From: an uncultured Gemmatimonadales bacterium
Lineage (GTDB): Bacteria > Gemmatimonadota > Gemmatimonadetes > Gemmatimonadales > GWC2-71-9
NCBI GenBank assembly: GCA_963844035.1
Contig: CAWJMT010000014.1
Span: 1-64,000 of the forward strand
Reading direction: 5' to 3'
Length of the DNA: 64,000 bases
Positions 50,012 to 60,533 of this stretch are shown piece by piece. The notes under the pieces are model-generated. The model had not been told where the DNA came from, did no database searches, and was given only the letters and a program-made list of their open reading frames with translations. Both the position numbers and the translations under genes were made by a program. The first letter of the stretch is position 1, and each line of letters begins with the position of its first letter.

Positions 50012-50066
50012 GAAAGAAGATATCAAAAAGTAGAGCAGGATTGTCGGGAATTCAAGCTACCCGAGG

Positions 50067-50453
50067 TCAGTCCCCTACCAGGACGGCCATGGCGATGGCG
50101 GCCAGGTGGGTATGGGAGAGGGAGAGGAGGACGCGTCGTACCCCCAGGGTTTCCGCTCGTGCGGCGGCCGACCCCGACAAGAGGACGTCGGGCCGTCCAT
50201 CGGGGGCCCGCGTCACCTCGATTTCCCGCCAGCCGATCCCCCGAGCCGCATCGCTCCCCTGGAGCGCCTTGTAGACCGCCTCCTTGGCCGCCAGCCGCAC
50301 GGCGACGTGGGTCGCCGGATCGGGGCGGCTCTCGCAATAGGCGCGCTCCGCCGGGGTGAGCAGCCGCTCGAATACACGGCCCCCCTTGTCCGCGATGATC
50401 TTGCTGACCCGCGCCACCTCCACGAGATCGACGCCCACGCCGAGGGTGTTCAC
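50067..50453 (-). CDS. acpS: Holo-[acyl-carrier-protein] synthase
   Basis: GVGVDLVE, RLAAKEAVYKAL, GRP, LSLSH. Confidence 0.95.
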   Translation of the reverse strand: MNTLGVGVDLVEVARVSKIIADKGGRVFERLLTPAERAYCESRPDPATHVAVRLAAKEAVYKALQGSDAARGIGWREIEVTRAPDGRPDVLLSGSAAARAETLGVRRVLLSLSHTHLAAIAMAVLVGD

Positions 50454-50466
50454 GTTGTGGTTGGGA

Positions 50467-51201
50467 TCAAAAGCCGAGCAGGGTGGCGAGCCACGGCGGT
50501 GCGGCCAGGTACCCGCCGAACAGCAGTCCGAGACCGATGAGCCCCAAGGCGATCGGCGTCCAGATGACGAGGATCGGTCTCAGGGATGGCCGCCACTGGG
50601 CGACCGCCTCGATTTCCAGCGCCCAGCGCCGGGCTTCGGCCGCCAGCTCGGCTTCCAGGGCAATCCACGCCGCCTCGAGCCGGCGCGCGGCCGTGCGCAG
50701 CGCATCCTGCCATTCGACATGTGCCTCCTTGTCGAGCACACTCGCCTGACGCGCCCGCTCGGCCGCAGCGTCCAGCGCATCGAGCGCGGCGACAAACCGC
50801 TCCGCGCCGCTCCCCAGCCGCGCGCCGATCGCGCGCCGCTCTCCGCCCGACAGCAGGCGGCGGCGCCAGCGGGAGCGCGGCATTCTGGCGCGCTGCGCCG
50901 CCGCCGTGATCGCGCCATCGACCGCTTCCGCGACCCGCTCCGCCGCGCGCCGCACCGCACCTTCCCACGCCGCGAGCCACGCGTGCCGGCCCAAGCACTC
51001 GAGCACGCGGTCGCGCTGTTCCCGTGCCGCCGCCCCGCGCGCCTCGCCCCCGAGCTCGATGACGCGGGTCGCGAGCTCCTCGCGAATGTCGTCGAGCGGC
51101 ACCCACGGCTCCGCCAGGCGGTCCGGTACGAGCAAGCGCCCGAGCGATGGCGCCAGCTCCGGAACGCGGAGCGGCATCGGGATCTTGAGCGGCGCGTTCA
51201 T
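50467..51201 (-). CDS. Hypothetical helical protein with C-terminal TM anchor
   Basis: C-terminal third of the 830-aa ORF (MNAPLKIPMPLRVPELAPSLGRL...). Confidence 0.6.
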   Translation of the reverse strand: MNAPLKIPMPLRVPELAPSLGRLLVPDRLAEPWVPLDDIREELATRVIELGGEARGAAAREQRDRVLECLGRHAWLAAWEGAVRRAAERVAEAVDGAITAAAQRARMPRSRWRRRLLSGGERRAIGARLGSGAERFVAALDALDAAAERARQASVLDKEAHVEWQDALRTAARRLEAAWIALEAELAAEARRWALEIEAVAQWRPSLRPILVIWTPIALGLIGLGLLFGGYLAAPPWLATLLGF

Positions 51202-51223
51202 GACGACGAAGGGCGGCGGTCGA

Positions 51224-51933
51224 TCATGACAGGAGCGCGTCCAGGACACGGCGGAGGTGTCGGCGAGCGTTTCGAACACGTGGGCCGCGCCGGTGGCCTG
51301 GAGTGCGGCGGTGTCGTAGTACCCGGTCGCGACCGCCACCGAGCGCGCGCCGATCGGGCGCCCGCATGCGACGTCGTCGGGTGTATCGCCGATGATGACG
51401 AGATCCGCACCCGCGAACGGCGTGCCGGTCAACTCGGTGGCGCGGCGCGCCGCGATCGGCGGCAGCTCCGCGCGGCGCCCCGAATCGGAGCCGTACGCAC
51501 CGACCGCGAACCGCCCCGGTTCGAGGCCCGCCGCGCGCAGCTTGAGCTCGGCGCCGTCGCGGATGTTGCCCGTCAGCAGGCCGACCACCGCCCGGCCCGC
51601 GGCCTCGTGAGCCTCGAGTGCCAGCAGCAGCGCCGCGACCCCGGGCATCAAACGCGTGCCGGTCCCGTCCGGCGCCCGGGTCAACTCCTCCCGCAACGCT
51701 GCGACGTAGTGCCGGCACACCGCGGCGATCAACTCGGGCGCCGCCGCGTCGGGATGGCCGGCGTGCATGAGCAATTCGCTCACGATCTGCGGGTCGGTCT
51801 TGCCGTCGAATCGATAGGTGTCGATCGGGCCGGCCGTGCCCGCTTCCGCGAGCAGGGCACGGTGCACCGCGCGCCGCCCCGCGCCGTCGGTCCAGAGCAG
51901 CGTGCCGTCGATATCGAAGAGGACAAGACGCAT
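51224..51933 (-). CDS. HAD-family phosphatase (frameshift near the 3' end)
   Basis: MRLVLFDIDGTLL, GKTD, LLTGN, IGDTPDD; ends VLDALLS* in shifted frame. Confidence 0.88.
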
Positions 51934-51964
51934 GACGTGAAGATAATGGCGGTCGGGCGGTCTA

Positions 51965-52959
51965 CTACATCCGCCGCACGGCCACGAGGCCCGATCGCAG
52001 CCGGCGGGCGTGCGGGGCATCTGCCAGAGGTCGTCCGATCCCACACCGCCGCGCGCCAGCGCCGCGTGCACGATGCGTCCGGCACCGGCCCACAAAGCGA
52101 CGTGCGCGACTCGTCCCCCTTCCGCGAAGAACAGCACGTCTCCCGAGTGGTAGCCGGTGCCGTCGCCCGACAGCGGCACCTCGCGTCCGGCGGTCACCTG
52201 CAGATCGCTGTCGCGGAGCAGGCGGATGCCCCGGGCGGCGAAGGTCGCCTGCACGAGACCCGAGCAATCGATCCCCCACTCGGTGCGCCCACCCCACCGG
52301 TACGGCGCACCGCCGAACCAACGCAGCGTCCATTCCGGCACGGCCACGAACCGGGCCTCGGCGTACCACTCCCCCTCGGGGCGGACGGCCCCGGAGGTCA
52401 CGGTCCACACCCGTCCGTCCGCAGTCTCAACCCGACCGTCCCGCTGTAGCACGACTCTCGCGCCGATCGGCAGCCGCAACGTGCCCCCGTCCCCCCGCAG
52501 CTCCGCGCTCACCGCCCACGCGCGGGCGCGACCGGCCCAATCCTCCGCCCACTCAGTCGCCCCGCCGGCGATGTACCCGCTGTGTACCCACGCATGGTAG
52601 CCGTCGGACGTCCGGACCCGCAGCCAGTCGTCGCGCCGCTCGAGCACGGCGAGCACTTCCCCGTGCACCGCCTCACTGATCGGCCCGGCGGTCGTCGCCG
52701 GAAGCGAGAGGAGGGGCGCGAGGGCCGCGATGACAATCGCCGCGGGAGTATCCCGCACCGCCGTCGCCGGAAGCAACGTGACGTCGATCGCGGAGCCCAA
52801 CTCGACGGCGAGATCCCGCAGTGCCGCGAGCGCGTCACGGCTCGTGGTGACGCCCGTCAGGGTGCGTCCAGCCATGCCTGCCTCGAAGACGCCGAGCCGG
52901 CCGTCGGGCACCCAACGGCGTCGCAAGTCAGAGAGCGCTCGCTCCAACGGGTCGGTCAT
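51965..52959 (-). CDS. SH3 + NlpC/P60 (C40) peptidase (frameshift near the 3' end)
   Basis: WLRVRTSDGYHAWV, PYRWGG, DCSGLVQ, RDSDLQ, GDVLFF, HVAL, IVHA; ends LVAVRRM* in shifted frame. Confidence 0.88.
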
Positions 52960-53016
52960 GCGCCGATGGCCGGCCTCGGCTTGCTCGGCCTGTGACAGGC
53001 AGGTACGTTAGCGGCC

Positions 53017-53631
53017 ATGAGTACACTCGCTCCGCCGACCACACCGACGACTGTGCTTGTCGTCGACGACGAAGATGGCATCCGCCAGGCGCTGAACCGG
53101 TTCCTGTCGCGCCTCGGTTACCGCGTGCTGCAGGCGGCGAGCGCCGCCGAAGCCCTGGACCAGCAGGCGGCCGATCTGCCCCACGCCATGCTCTCCGACA
53201 TCCGGATGCCCAACATGACGGGGGTGGAGCTGGTGCCGAAAGCGCTGGCGCACGACTCCGACCTCGCCATCATCATGCTGACGGCGATCGACGAGCCGCG
53301 CACGGCGATCGAGTGCCTGAAGCTCGGCGCGTACGACTATCTGATCAAACCCGTCGACCTGGACGAGCTCCAACTCTCGCTCCAGGGTGCGTTGCGGCAG
53401 CGGCAGCTGGAAATCGAGCGGCGCGAGCTGGAGCAGTGGCTGGCCCGGGAAGTCGCGGTGCGGACGCGGGATATGGAAGATCAGACGGCGGCGATCGCAC
53501 GCATCGCGCTGGATGCGCTGGCCGCGACCAAAGGCTGGACGGGGGAGCAGGGCTCCGTGGAAAAGCTGGCGAAAGCCCTGGGAAGTCCGGTTGACGAGGT
53601 GGTCGCCGAAGTCCGCAAACGCCGCGGCTAG
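53017..53631 (+). CDS. Response regulator (receiver + short helical tail, no recognised output domain)
   Basis: LVVDDE, SDIRMP, MLTA, YDYLIKP. Confidence 0.85.
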   Translation: MSTLAPPTTPTTVLVVDDEDGIRQALNRFLSRLGYRVLQAASAAEALDQQAADLPHAMLSDIRMPNMTGVELVPKALAHDSDLAIIMLTAIDEPRTAIECLKLGAYDYLIKPVDLDELQLSLQGALRQRQLEIERRELEQWLAREVAVRTRDMEDQTAAIARIALDALAATKGWTGEQGSVEKLAKALGSPVDEVVAEVRKRRG

Positions 53632-53810
53632 GCTTTCGGCGCCTGCGCCTTCGCTTCACACGCCTTGCAGCGCGTGACTCCGCGGAAGGAGCAGATGAGG
53701 CAGATGAACGTGCCGCAATCCGTGCAGGGGTAACCCTCCGAGGCCCGCTCCTCGTTGCCGCAGTAGCGGCACACCATCGCGTCGTGCTCTTTCAGGTCCG
53801 ACCGTTCCAT
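53628..53810 (-). CDS. 60-aa Cys-rich zinc-finger-like protein
   Basis: Four CxxC pairs: CRYC, CTDC, CLIC, CKAC; G-rich RBS and TATGAT upstream. Confidence 0.7.
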   Translation of the reverse strand: MERSDLKEHDAMVCRYCGNEERASEGYPCTDCGTFICLICSFRGVTRCKACEAKAQAPKA

Positions 53811-53890
53811 ACGACCCCCCAGGACGTGCGCGTATGACCCTAATCATATCACATCGGCGCCAGCCGGGCAGCAAGGTCAGGCGAGGGAGG

Positions 53891-55232
53891 TCAGAGATCC
53901 AGCGCGTACGCCTTGATCTTGTTGATCAGCGTCGCCCGCGAGATCCCGAGCTCCTGCGCCGCCCGCGTGCGGTTGCCGGCGTGGGCGCGGAGCGTGCGTT
54001 CGATGTGGTGCCGCTCCACTTCGGACAGCGCCTGCGGCACGTGCCGCCGGTCCTGCCCCGCCCCGCGTCGCAGGTCGGCGGGCAGGTGCTCCACGCCAAT
54101 CACGCTCGATCCGTGCGCCAGGATCATCGCGCGCTCGAGCACGTTCCGCATCTCGCGCACGTTCCCCGGCCACGGCGCCATCAGCAGCCGGTCGAGCGCT
54201 TCGGTGCTGCAGCTGCCCGGCCGCCCCGGCAACTCCGCATGGAGGTCCGCGAGGATGCGGGTGAGCAGCGCCAGGCGATCCTCCCGAGACCGCTCGCGCA
54301 ACGAGCGGCAGGTGCACCGGCGACACGCTCAACCGGTAGAACAGATCCTCCCGGAACCGGCCCGCCTTGACGTCGGCGGCGAGATCGCGGTTGGTCGCCG
54401 CCATGAGTCGCACGTCCACTTTCAGCTCGTGGGTCCCCCCCAGGCGCCGGAACGTCTTCGTCTCGATCACCTTCAGCAGTTTGGGCTGCAGCTCGATGCC
54501 GAGCTCGCCGATTCCATCGAGGAAAATGGTGCCCCCATCCGCCAGCTCGAACAGGCCCTGGCGGCGCTCCTTGGCATCGGTGAACGCGCCCTTCTCATGA
54601 CCGAACAGCTCCGAGTCGAGCAACGTGGCCGAGCGTCCACCACAGTTCACCTCGACAAACGGGCCGGCGGCCCGCGAGCTGAGCTGGTGGATGATGCGCG
54701 CCACCCACCCCTTGCCGGTGCCGGTTTCGCCGGTGAGCAGCACCGTGCTCTCGCTGCTCGCCAGCAGGCCCACCTGGCGCGCCAGCTCCCGCATCGCGGG
54801 CGACACGCCGATCGTCTCGAGGCCCTCGGTCAGGTGATCGCGCGCCCGCAGCAGCGCGTTCTGGCGCGAGAGCCGCACCTTTTCCGCGACCCGCATGGTG
54901 GCCGCGGCCAGGTGGTTCATGTCGACCGGCTTGGTGAGGAAATTCTCGGCCCCGAGCTGCATGGCGCGAACCGCGGTCTCGATGTCCCCCTGCCCCGTCA
55001 TGAGGATCACCGCGGCGCCGATCGCGCGCAGCCGCTCCAGCACCTCCAGACCGCCCATGTCCGGGAGATGCAAATCCAGGATGACGACGTCGGGACGAAG
55101 CCGCTCGAAGGCGTCGATGCCGTCGCCGCCGGTGGTCGCACGGGACACCTCGTAGCCGATGCGCTCGAAGTAGTCGCCCACCGACCGCAGCACATCGGCG
55201 TCGTCATCGATCAGCAGCAGGCTTTCAGTCAT
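53891..55232 (-). CDS. Sigma-54-dependent NtrC-family response regulator (frameshift near ~54300)
   Basis: Receiver, [38 protein letters not shown], Fis-type [17 protein letters not shown]. Confidence 0.92.
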
Positions 55233-55236
55233 ACCG

Positions 55237-56163
55237 CTACCTCCGCCGCAGGCGTGCGGGATCGACCAGGACAGACAGCGCGCCCGGCAAGAGCCGCGCT
55301 TCGAAGGGTGTCTCCCCAGCCACATCGCCGTCGAGCTGCACCGGCTGCTGCTCTCCGGAAACCATTTCGACCTGTACCGAGCGCCCGCGGGTGAACCAGA
55401 CGCGCTCGCTCAGGCCGCGCGTTTGACTCCACCGGCCGCGCAACAGCTCCCAGAACGCGGCCAGGCTCGCGAGCGTCCCGTCCGCGTCCAGGGTCAACAC
55501 GTCGAACCAACCATCGTCGGGCTCGATGTCTTCGCGCAGCCGCAGGAACGGGGGAAACAGGTCGCCGCAGTTGGCGACCAGCACCAGGGCCGCACGTCGC
55601 TCGTGCACCACGCCGTCCACGGTCACGCGGTGGAGCGCGCTGCGGACTCCGGGAAGGGCCGCCAACCCTCGAGCGATGTAGGCGGTGGCCTTCCACCGCC
55701 GCTTGATCGCGGCGTGGGTGTCGGCCATGAGACGGGCATCGAAGCCGGCGCCGCAGCATACGGCGAAGTAGTGCGGAACTGCGTTCCGGTCCACGACGCC
55801 AAGGTCGATCGCCTTGCGGCGGCCGCGTAATATCACGCGTGCTGCAGCCGTGGGGTCGTGCGGCAGGGACACGTTCGCGGCCAGAAGATTCCCCGTGCCG
55901 CCCCGCACGAGCCCGAGCGCCATGTCGCTGCCGACTACGCCCGCAGCCACCTCCATCGCCGTGCCGTCGCCGCCATAGCACACCAGCACGTCGACCCCGG
56001 CGTCGCGCGCTTCGAACGCAAACCGGCGGGCATCGCCGGAGTTGGTCGTCGCCTGGACCTCGACCTTCCATCCGCCCGCGCGCAGCGTCTCGCGGATCGC
56101 TCCAACCGCGCGCGCGTCCGTGCGGGCGGCCGCCGGATTGGTGATCACCAAGGCTCGGGTCAC
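55237..56163 (-). CDS. Diacylglycerol/lipid kinase family (YegS/DgkB-like)
   Basis: NPAA, GGDGT, GTGNLLA, GAGFDA, QLDGD. Confidence 0.92.
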   Translation of the reverse strand: MTRALVITNPAAARTDARAVGAIRETLRAGGWKVEVQATTNSGDARRFAFEARDAGVDVLVCYGGDGTAMEVAAGVVGSDMALGLVRGGTGNLLAANVSLPHDPTAAARVILRGRRKAIDLGVVDRNAVPHYFAVCCGAGFDARLMADTHAAIKRRWKATAYIARGLAALPGVRSALHRVTVDGVVHERRAALVLVANCGDLFPPFLRLREDIEPDDGWFDVLTLDADGTLASLAAFWELLRGRWSQTRGLSERVWFTRGRSVQVEMVSGEQQPVQLDGDVAGETPFEARLLPGALSVLVDPARLRRR

Positions 56164-59100
56164 TCAGTACCGCCGTTCCCAAATGAGGTCCAACCCCACC
56201 TGCCGCAGCAGCGTCTTGCGTGTCCAGGGGATCCGAAGAGCACTGGCGCACCGGCTCAAAGCTCGCCTCCGTGCGGAACTCGGGGCTCAGGCGGAAGGAG
56301 AGGCTGAGTCCGATCGTGTTGGTCACGGCCACCGGCCGGCCCTGGCAGAATCCGGCATTCACCACCACGAATGTCTTGCTTCCGAGCTGGCGCCCCACCG
56401 CGAGCTGCACCCCCGACAACGGGTCGGACGAGGCACCCGGACGGATCTCCACATAGTCGAGCGGAATGCCGAGGTCCGACACCAGCGTCCGCTCGAGCTC
56501 GCCCGAGAGCACGGAGACCGCGGTGCTGAGCGCGGCCTGCTGGTCGGCGACCCCTCCCGGATCGCCCTTTCCGAAGAACAGGAACGAGATCACCTCGGTT
56601 TGTGACAGATCCTGACCCTCGGCCTCGACCGTCACCTTGGGCACCAGCAGCGTCCCCGTGATGTGCGCGACGACCACGATGTCGGCACCGGTTTGCCCCG
56701 GCCCCGGCAATGGATGCACGGTGTGTTTCGCCGATATGTTCAGCTCGGCATCGAGATCGGGTGTGCCGAAATACATGACGGTCCCGTCCGATACGACGAA
56801 CTCGCGTGTAATGGGGCCGACCTTCAGCCGGTAGGTCCCACGCGGCGCCTGGAGCGTGCCGGACAGAAGATAGTTGTCGCGCTCCTTGCTCAGGGTCACC
56901 GTGCCGTTGAGCTGGATATTCGCTTCGTTGGACCGCAGCCACACGTCGGTCCCCATGATGAGCGTCAGACCCCGGATGCGCAGGCTGTCGAGAAACACGC
57001 TCTGGAACTCAGGCCCGAGCTGCTGTTCGAGGATCAGGGACTCGAGCGCCGAGTCGGAGAACTCTTCCAGGTTGACGATCCGCTTCTCGACCAGGTCGGC
57101 AAAATAGAGGAGGCCGGAGGTCACGGTGGCGTGGCCCTCCAGCGTCGCCCCGATGACCGGCCCGGTCAGGGTCACCCGGCCGCTCGCCTCAACCGTGACG
57201 TTGCCCTTCAGGTCGAGGGCCCTGAAGCGGTCGCCGCTGATGGTCAGCGCGAGGACCGGATGCGTCAGCTCGGTGAGGCGGACGGTGCCCGACACGTCCA
57301 TGCGGCCGTTGCCGCTCGTGGCCGAAAACGACTCGCACCACGATCGTGTCCCCTGCCAGGGCGAAGTCCCCGCCCATGTTCTCGTACCGTACGTTCAGCT
57401 CGGGTATGGTTGCCGCCGCCCGCGCGACCCGCACCATGCCCCCGAGCCGCGGGTCGCGCCACGTCCCCTGCACCCTGGCATCGGCGCTGAACACCCCCCC
57501 AACCTCCTTTATCAGAGGGGTGAGCGCCTCCAGCACATTGAGGTCCACACTGTCCGCGCGCGCGCTCAGATACAACGTGTCGGGAAGCTGCCGGTTCCGC
57601 GACCGGGACGAGCGCCAGATCGAGCGGCAAATGGGCGTTGACGGTGAGCGCCGGCTCGTTGGAGCGCCACAGATGCAGCGTGGCGTCGAGCCGCTGCTCG
57701 CGGTATCCCAGGGTGCCGTCCAGAAACGGGGTCTTGAACCCACGGAGCGATCCGTTGTTCACGGCGACCGACGCGACGTACACCGGGTCGGCCCGCGTGC
57801 CCGCGATGCCCACCGTAAGGTCGATGGTGCCCCCGACACCCGCCGTGTCGCCTTCGAGCAGCGCGGCGACGCCCAGGAGCGGGAACCCATCGACCTGTAC
57901 GTTCACCCTCACCTCGCCCCGGACCGGAAGGCGGCCCTCCGCCACGAGGTGCCCCGAGTCCGACGCGCTCCGCACCGTCAGCGGGGCAATCACTACCCCT
58001 GCGTCGGTGACGCTCACCTGGGTCGGCTGCTCGAGCTTCCAAACCCCGCCCGGCAGCTGCAATGACAGCGAGTCGATGCCCAGTGTGACGGCAGCCGGGC
58101 GGCCCGCACCCTGCGAGCGCCGGGCCAAGCGACCGCCCGTGGCGAACGCTCCGACGGCGCCGAACTGCGAGCCGGCGAACCAGGTCAGGGAGTCGAGCGT
58201 CCCCGCGCCAGCGGCGGACGCCTTGGCAAATGCGAGTCGGCCGTGTCGCAGCGAATCGAGCGCCCCGTCGAATCGGATGCCGGGGACGGGGCCGGGCTGG
58301 TACACCAGCGTGGCACGCCCGCCCGGCATCTCCCAATCGCGCCACCGCACGCGCTCTGCGGCGCCGTGCGCCTCGATCGTCAGGGAATCGAGCGCCCCAC
58401 CCAAGGTCAGCTCCACACGCGCGGCGCCGCGGAGCGCCCGGCCGCGGGGTTTCTCGGTCGTATCGGGTCCCACGAGCCACGTGACCAGGGAATCGAGCGA
58501 GGTCAGGGTGTCGGCGGTGAAATCGAGCGCGACGCGTACCGCCCGGCCGGACGCTTCCACCCCAGTGCGCCGGCCCCGGTCACCTGAAAGGCCGGCCGGC
58601 CAACGCGCAGCGAGTCCAGCTTGGATCTGACCGTCCGCGAACCGGACGACTGCCCGGCCGGTGTCGAGCTCCACGCCCGCTACCCGCGAGCGGGCGAGCG
58701 TCGCGGCGAGTGCGCCCACCGGGGCCTCGCCGCTGTCCTGCGCCAGGGTCCCGGCGACCGTGAAGCTCAGGCGGGAGCCGGGCCCGCCGCCACTCCAGTG
58801 CGCCAGGTCGATGTCCCGGGCCCGCAGGGTAAGATCGCGAACGCCGGTGCGCGACTCGAGCAGCGTGACGATGCCGGTTACACCCACCACTCCCGCCGGC
58901 TGACGCAAGGTTCGCGTGTGCTTCCAGGGCCGGGAGCGTTCCGTCGAGCTGAATCGGCCCGCTGACCGCTCCATGGAACGGTAGTCCCGGGAAGCTGCCG
59001 CGCAGCCCGTCGAACGACAGCGAGTCGGCGCGCACGTCGGCGAAGAGCGCGATCGTGTCGGTCCGGGTGTCGAGCCCCACGGTGCCGTTGACCAGGCTCG

Positions 59101-60533
59101 GAGGTCGATTGCCGTCGCGATGCAGCAGCCTGCCGGTGAAGCGGGCGTTGTGCAGCGCGCCGGTCAGCGTTCCCACGGCGCCAAGCTCCCCGTTCAGCGT
59201 GACCGCGGGGGCCAGCTTGCGGATGGTACGGAAATCCACCGTCGCCGCCGTCACGAAGAACGGCTGGAAGCGCATCCCGTCCTGGTCACGCAGGTTGATT
59301 TCACCCGTTCCCGCTCACGTGCGAGCTGGGCCGGCCCGCCACGAGCGAGTCGCGAAACGTCCAGTCCACCTCGATTGACAGCGCACGCATGGGGCCGTCG
59401 GCAATGGTGCGCCCGGACAGCCAGCCGTAGAACGGCAGCGAGTCCACCAGCCTGCGCGGCAGGTCGAGGTCGAGGTTGCGGGCGACCAGGTCGGCGTCGC
59501 GCACTCCCACCAGGCCGGAATCGGCCAGGCTCAGGGTCGTGAGCCGGCCGCTGAGTGACCCACCGGCGTACTGCAGGTCGAGCGGGTCGAGCCGCACCTC
59601 GAGCAGCCGGCCGCCGTGCGAGCGCACCTGCACGCCACCCCGCAGCACCGCGCTGGGTGGCAGGCGCGGCAGCATGAAGCGCACGTCCCCCAACGTGCCG
59701 GAATCGGCGCGCACCGTGAGGTCATAGAGCAGCGTATCGCGCGGCCAACGGACGCTGCCGCGGCCCGCAAGCTTGGACGCCGGGAGCTCCAGGTTGGCCA
59801 GATCCAGGGCAATTGAATCTCCGACCACGTCGACCCGGCCTTTGACGTCGGTGAGGACGAACTCGGGATCGCTGCTCGTGACGGCGAGGTGCGCGAGCTG
59901 GAAATGGATCCCGGGCACCCGGGGCGAAGAAACGACCAGCCGCCCGACCATCGCATCGAGATGCTCGAACCGCCGGATGCGGCGCCGGCCATCGCGGTCC
60001 AGATGGTCGATCTCGCGACCCGCCACGCTCGTCGTGCTCCGGTCCTGCAGGCGCAGGGTGAGGGTGCCGTCGCGGATCCGGACGTTGCGGAACAGAATCA
60101 GCGGGGGGGCCTTCCGGGGCCCGGTGGACGGGCGGCCGAGGCGCAGCACGTTTTCGAAGTTGAGGCGGCCGTCGCGGTGCTGAACGATGTTGATCACGGG
60201 CTGGTGCAGGTCCAGCGACAGCAGCACGAATCGCCCGCCGGCCAGAGAGAACGGATTGAACGTCGCGTCCACCTGCGGCAGCACGGCGACCAGCGTCGTA
60301 TCGCGGTCGAACACCCGGACGTTGTTGAGCGTGACGCCGGTCAGGAGCGGGCCGCGCACGTCGCCGATTTCCACGCTGCCGTCCACGGCGTGCCGCACGG
60401 CGTCGGTCGCGACCCGCGTGAGCAGCTGGCGCCCGGCCCCGGTGCCGACCAGGGAGCTCAACGTGCCGAGGAACGACGCCATGAGGCCCGCCACCAGCCA
60501 CAGCGCCCCGGCCAGCGAGTGGCGGACCGTCAA
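56164..60533 (-). CDS. tamB: Translocation/assembly module TamB-like protein (several frameshifts)
   Basis: N-terminal TM, long beta-rich body over ORFs 59301..60575, 58580..59275, 57265..58974, 57189..57743 and 55229..57301; C-terminal ITGTLLVP, LSQTEVISFLFFG; ends GLDLIWERRY*. Confidence 0.8.

Noticed and set aside
50467..52959. 830-aa NlpC/P60-HAD-membrane protein fusion
   Set aside because: Natural ends of NlpC (LVAVRRM*) and HAD (VLDALLS*) are in shifted frames, and HAD has its own -10 and ATG
54560..54610. GAFTDA instead of GAFTGA in the sigma-54 activator
   Set aside because: A common natural variant, not evidence of a novel mechanism
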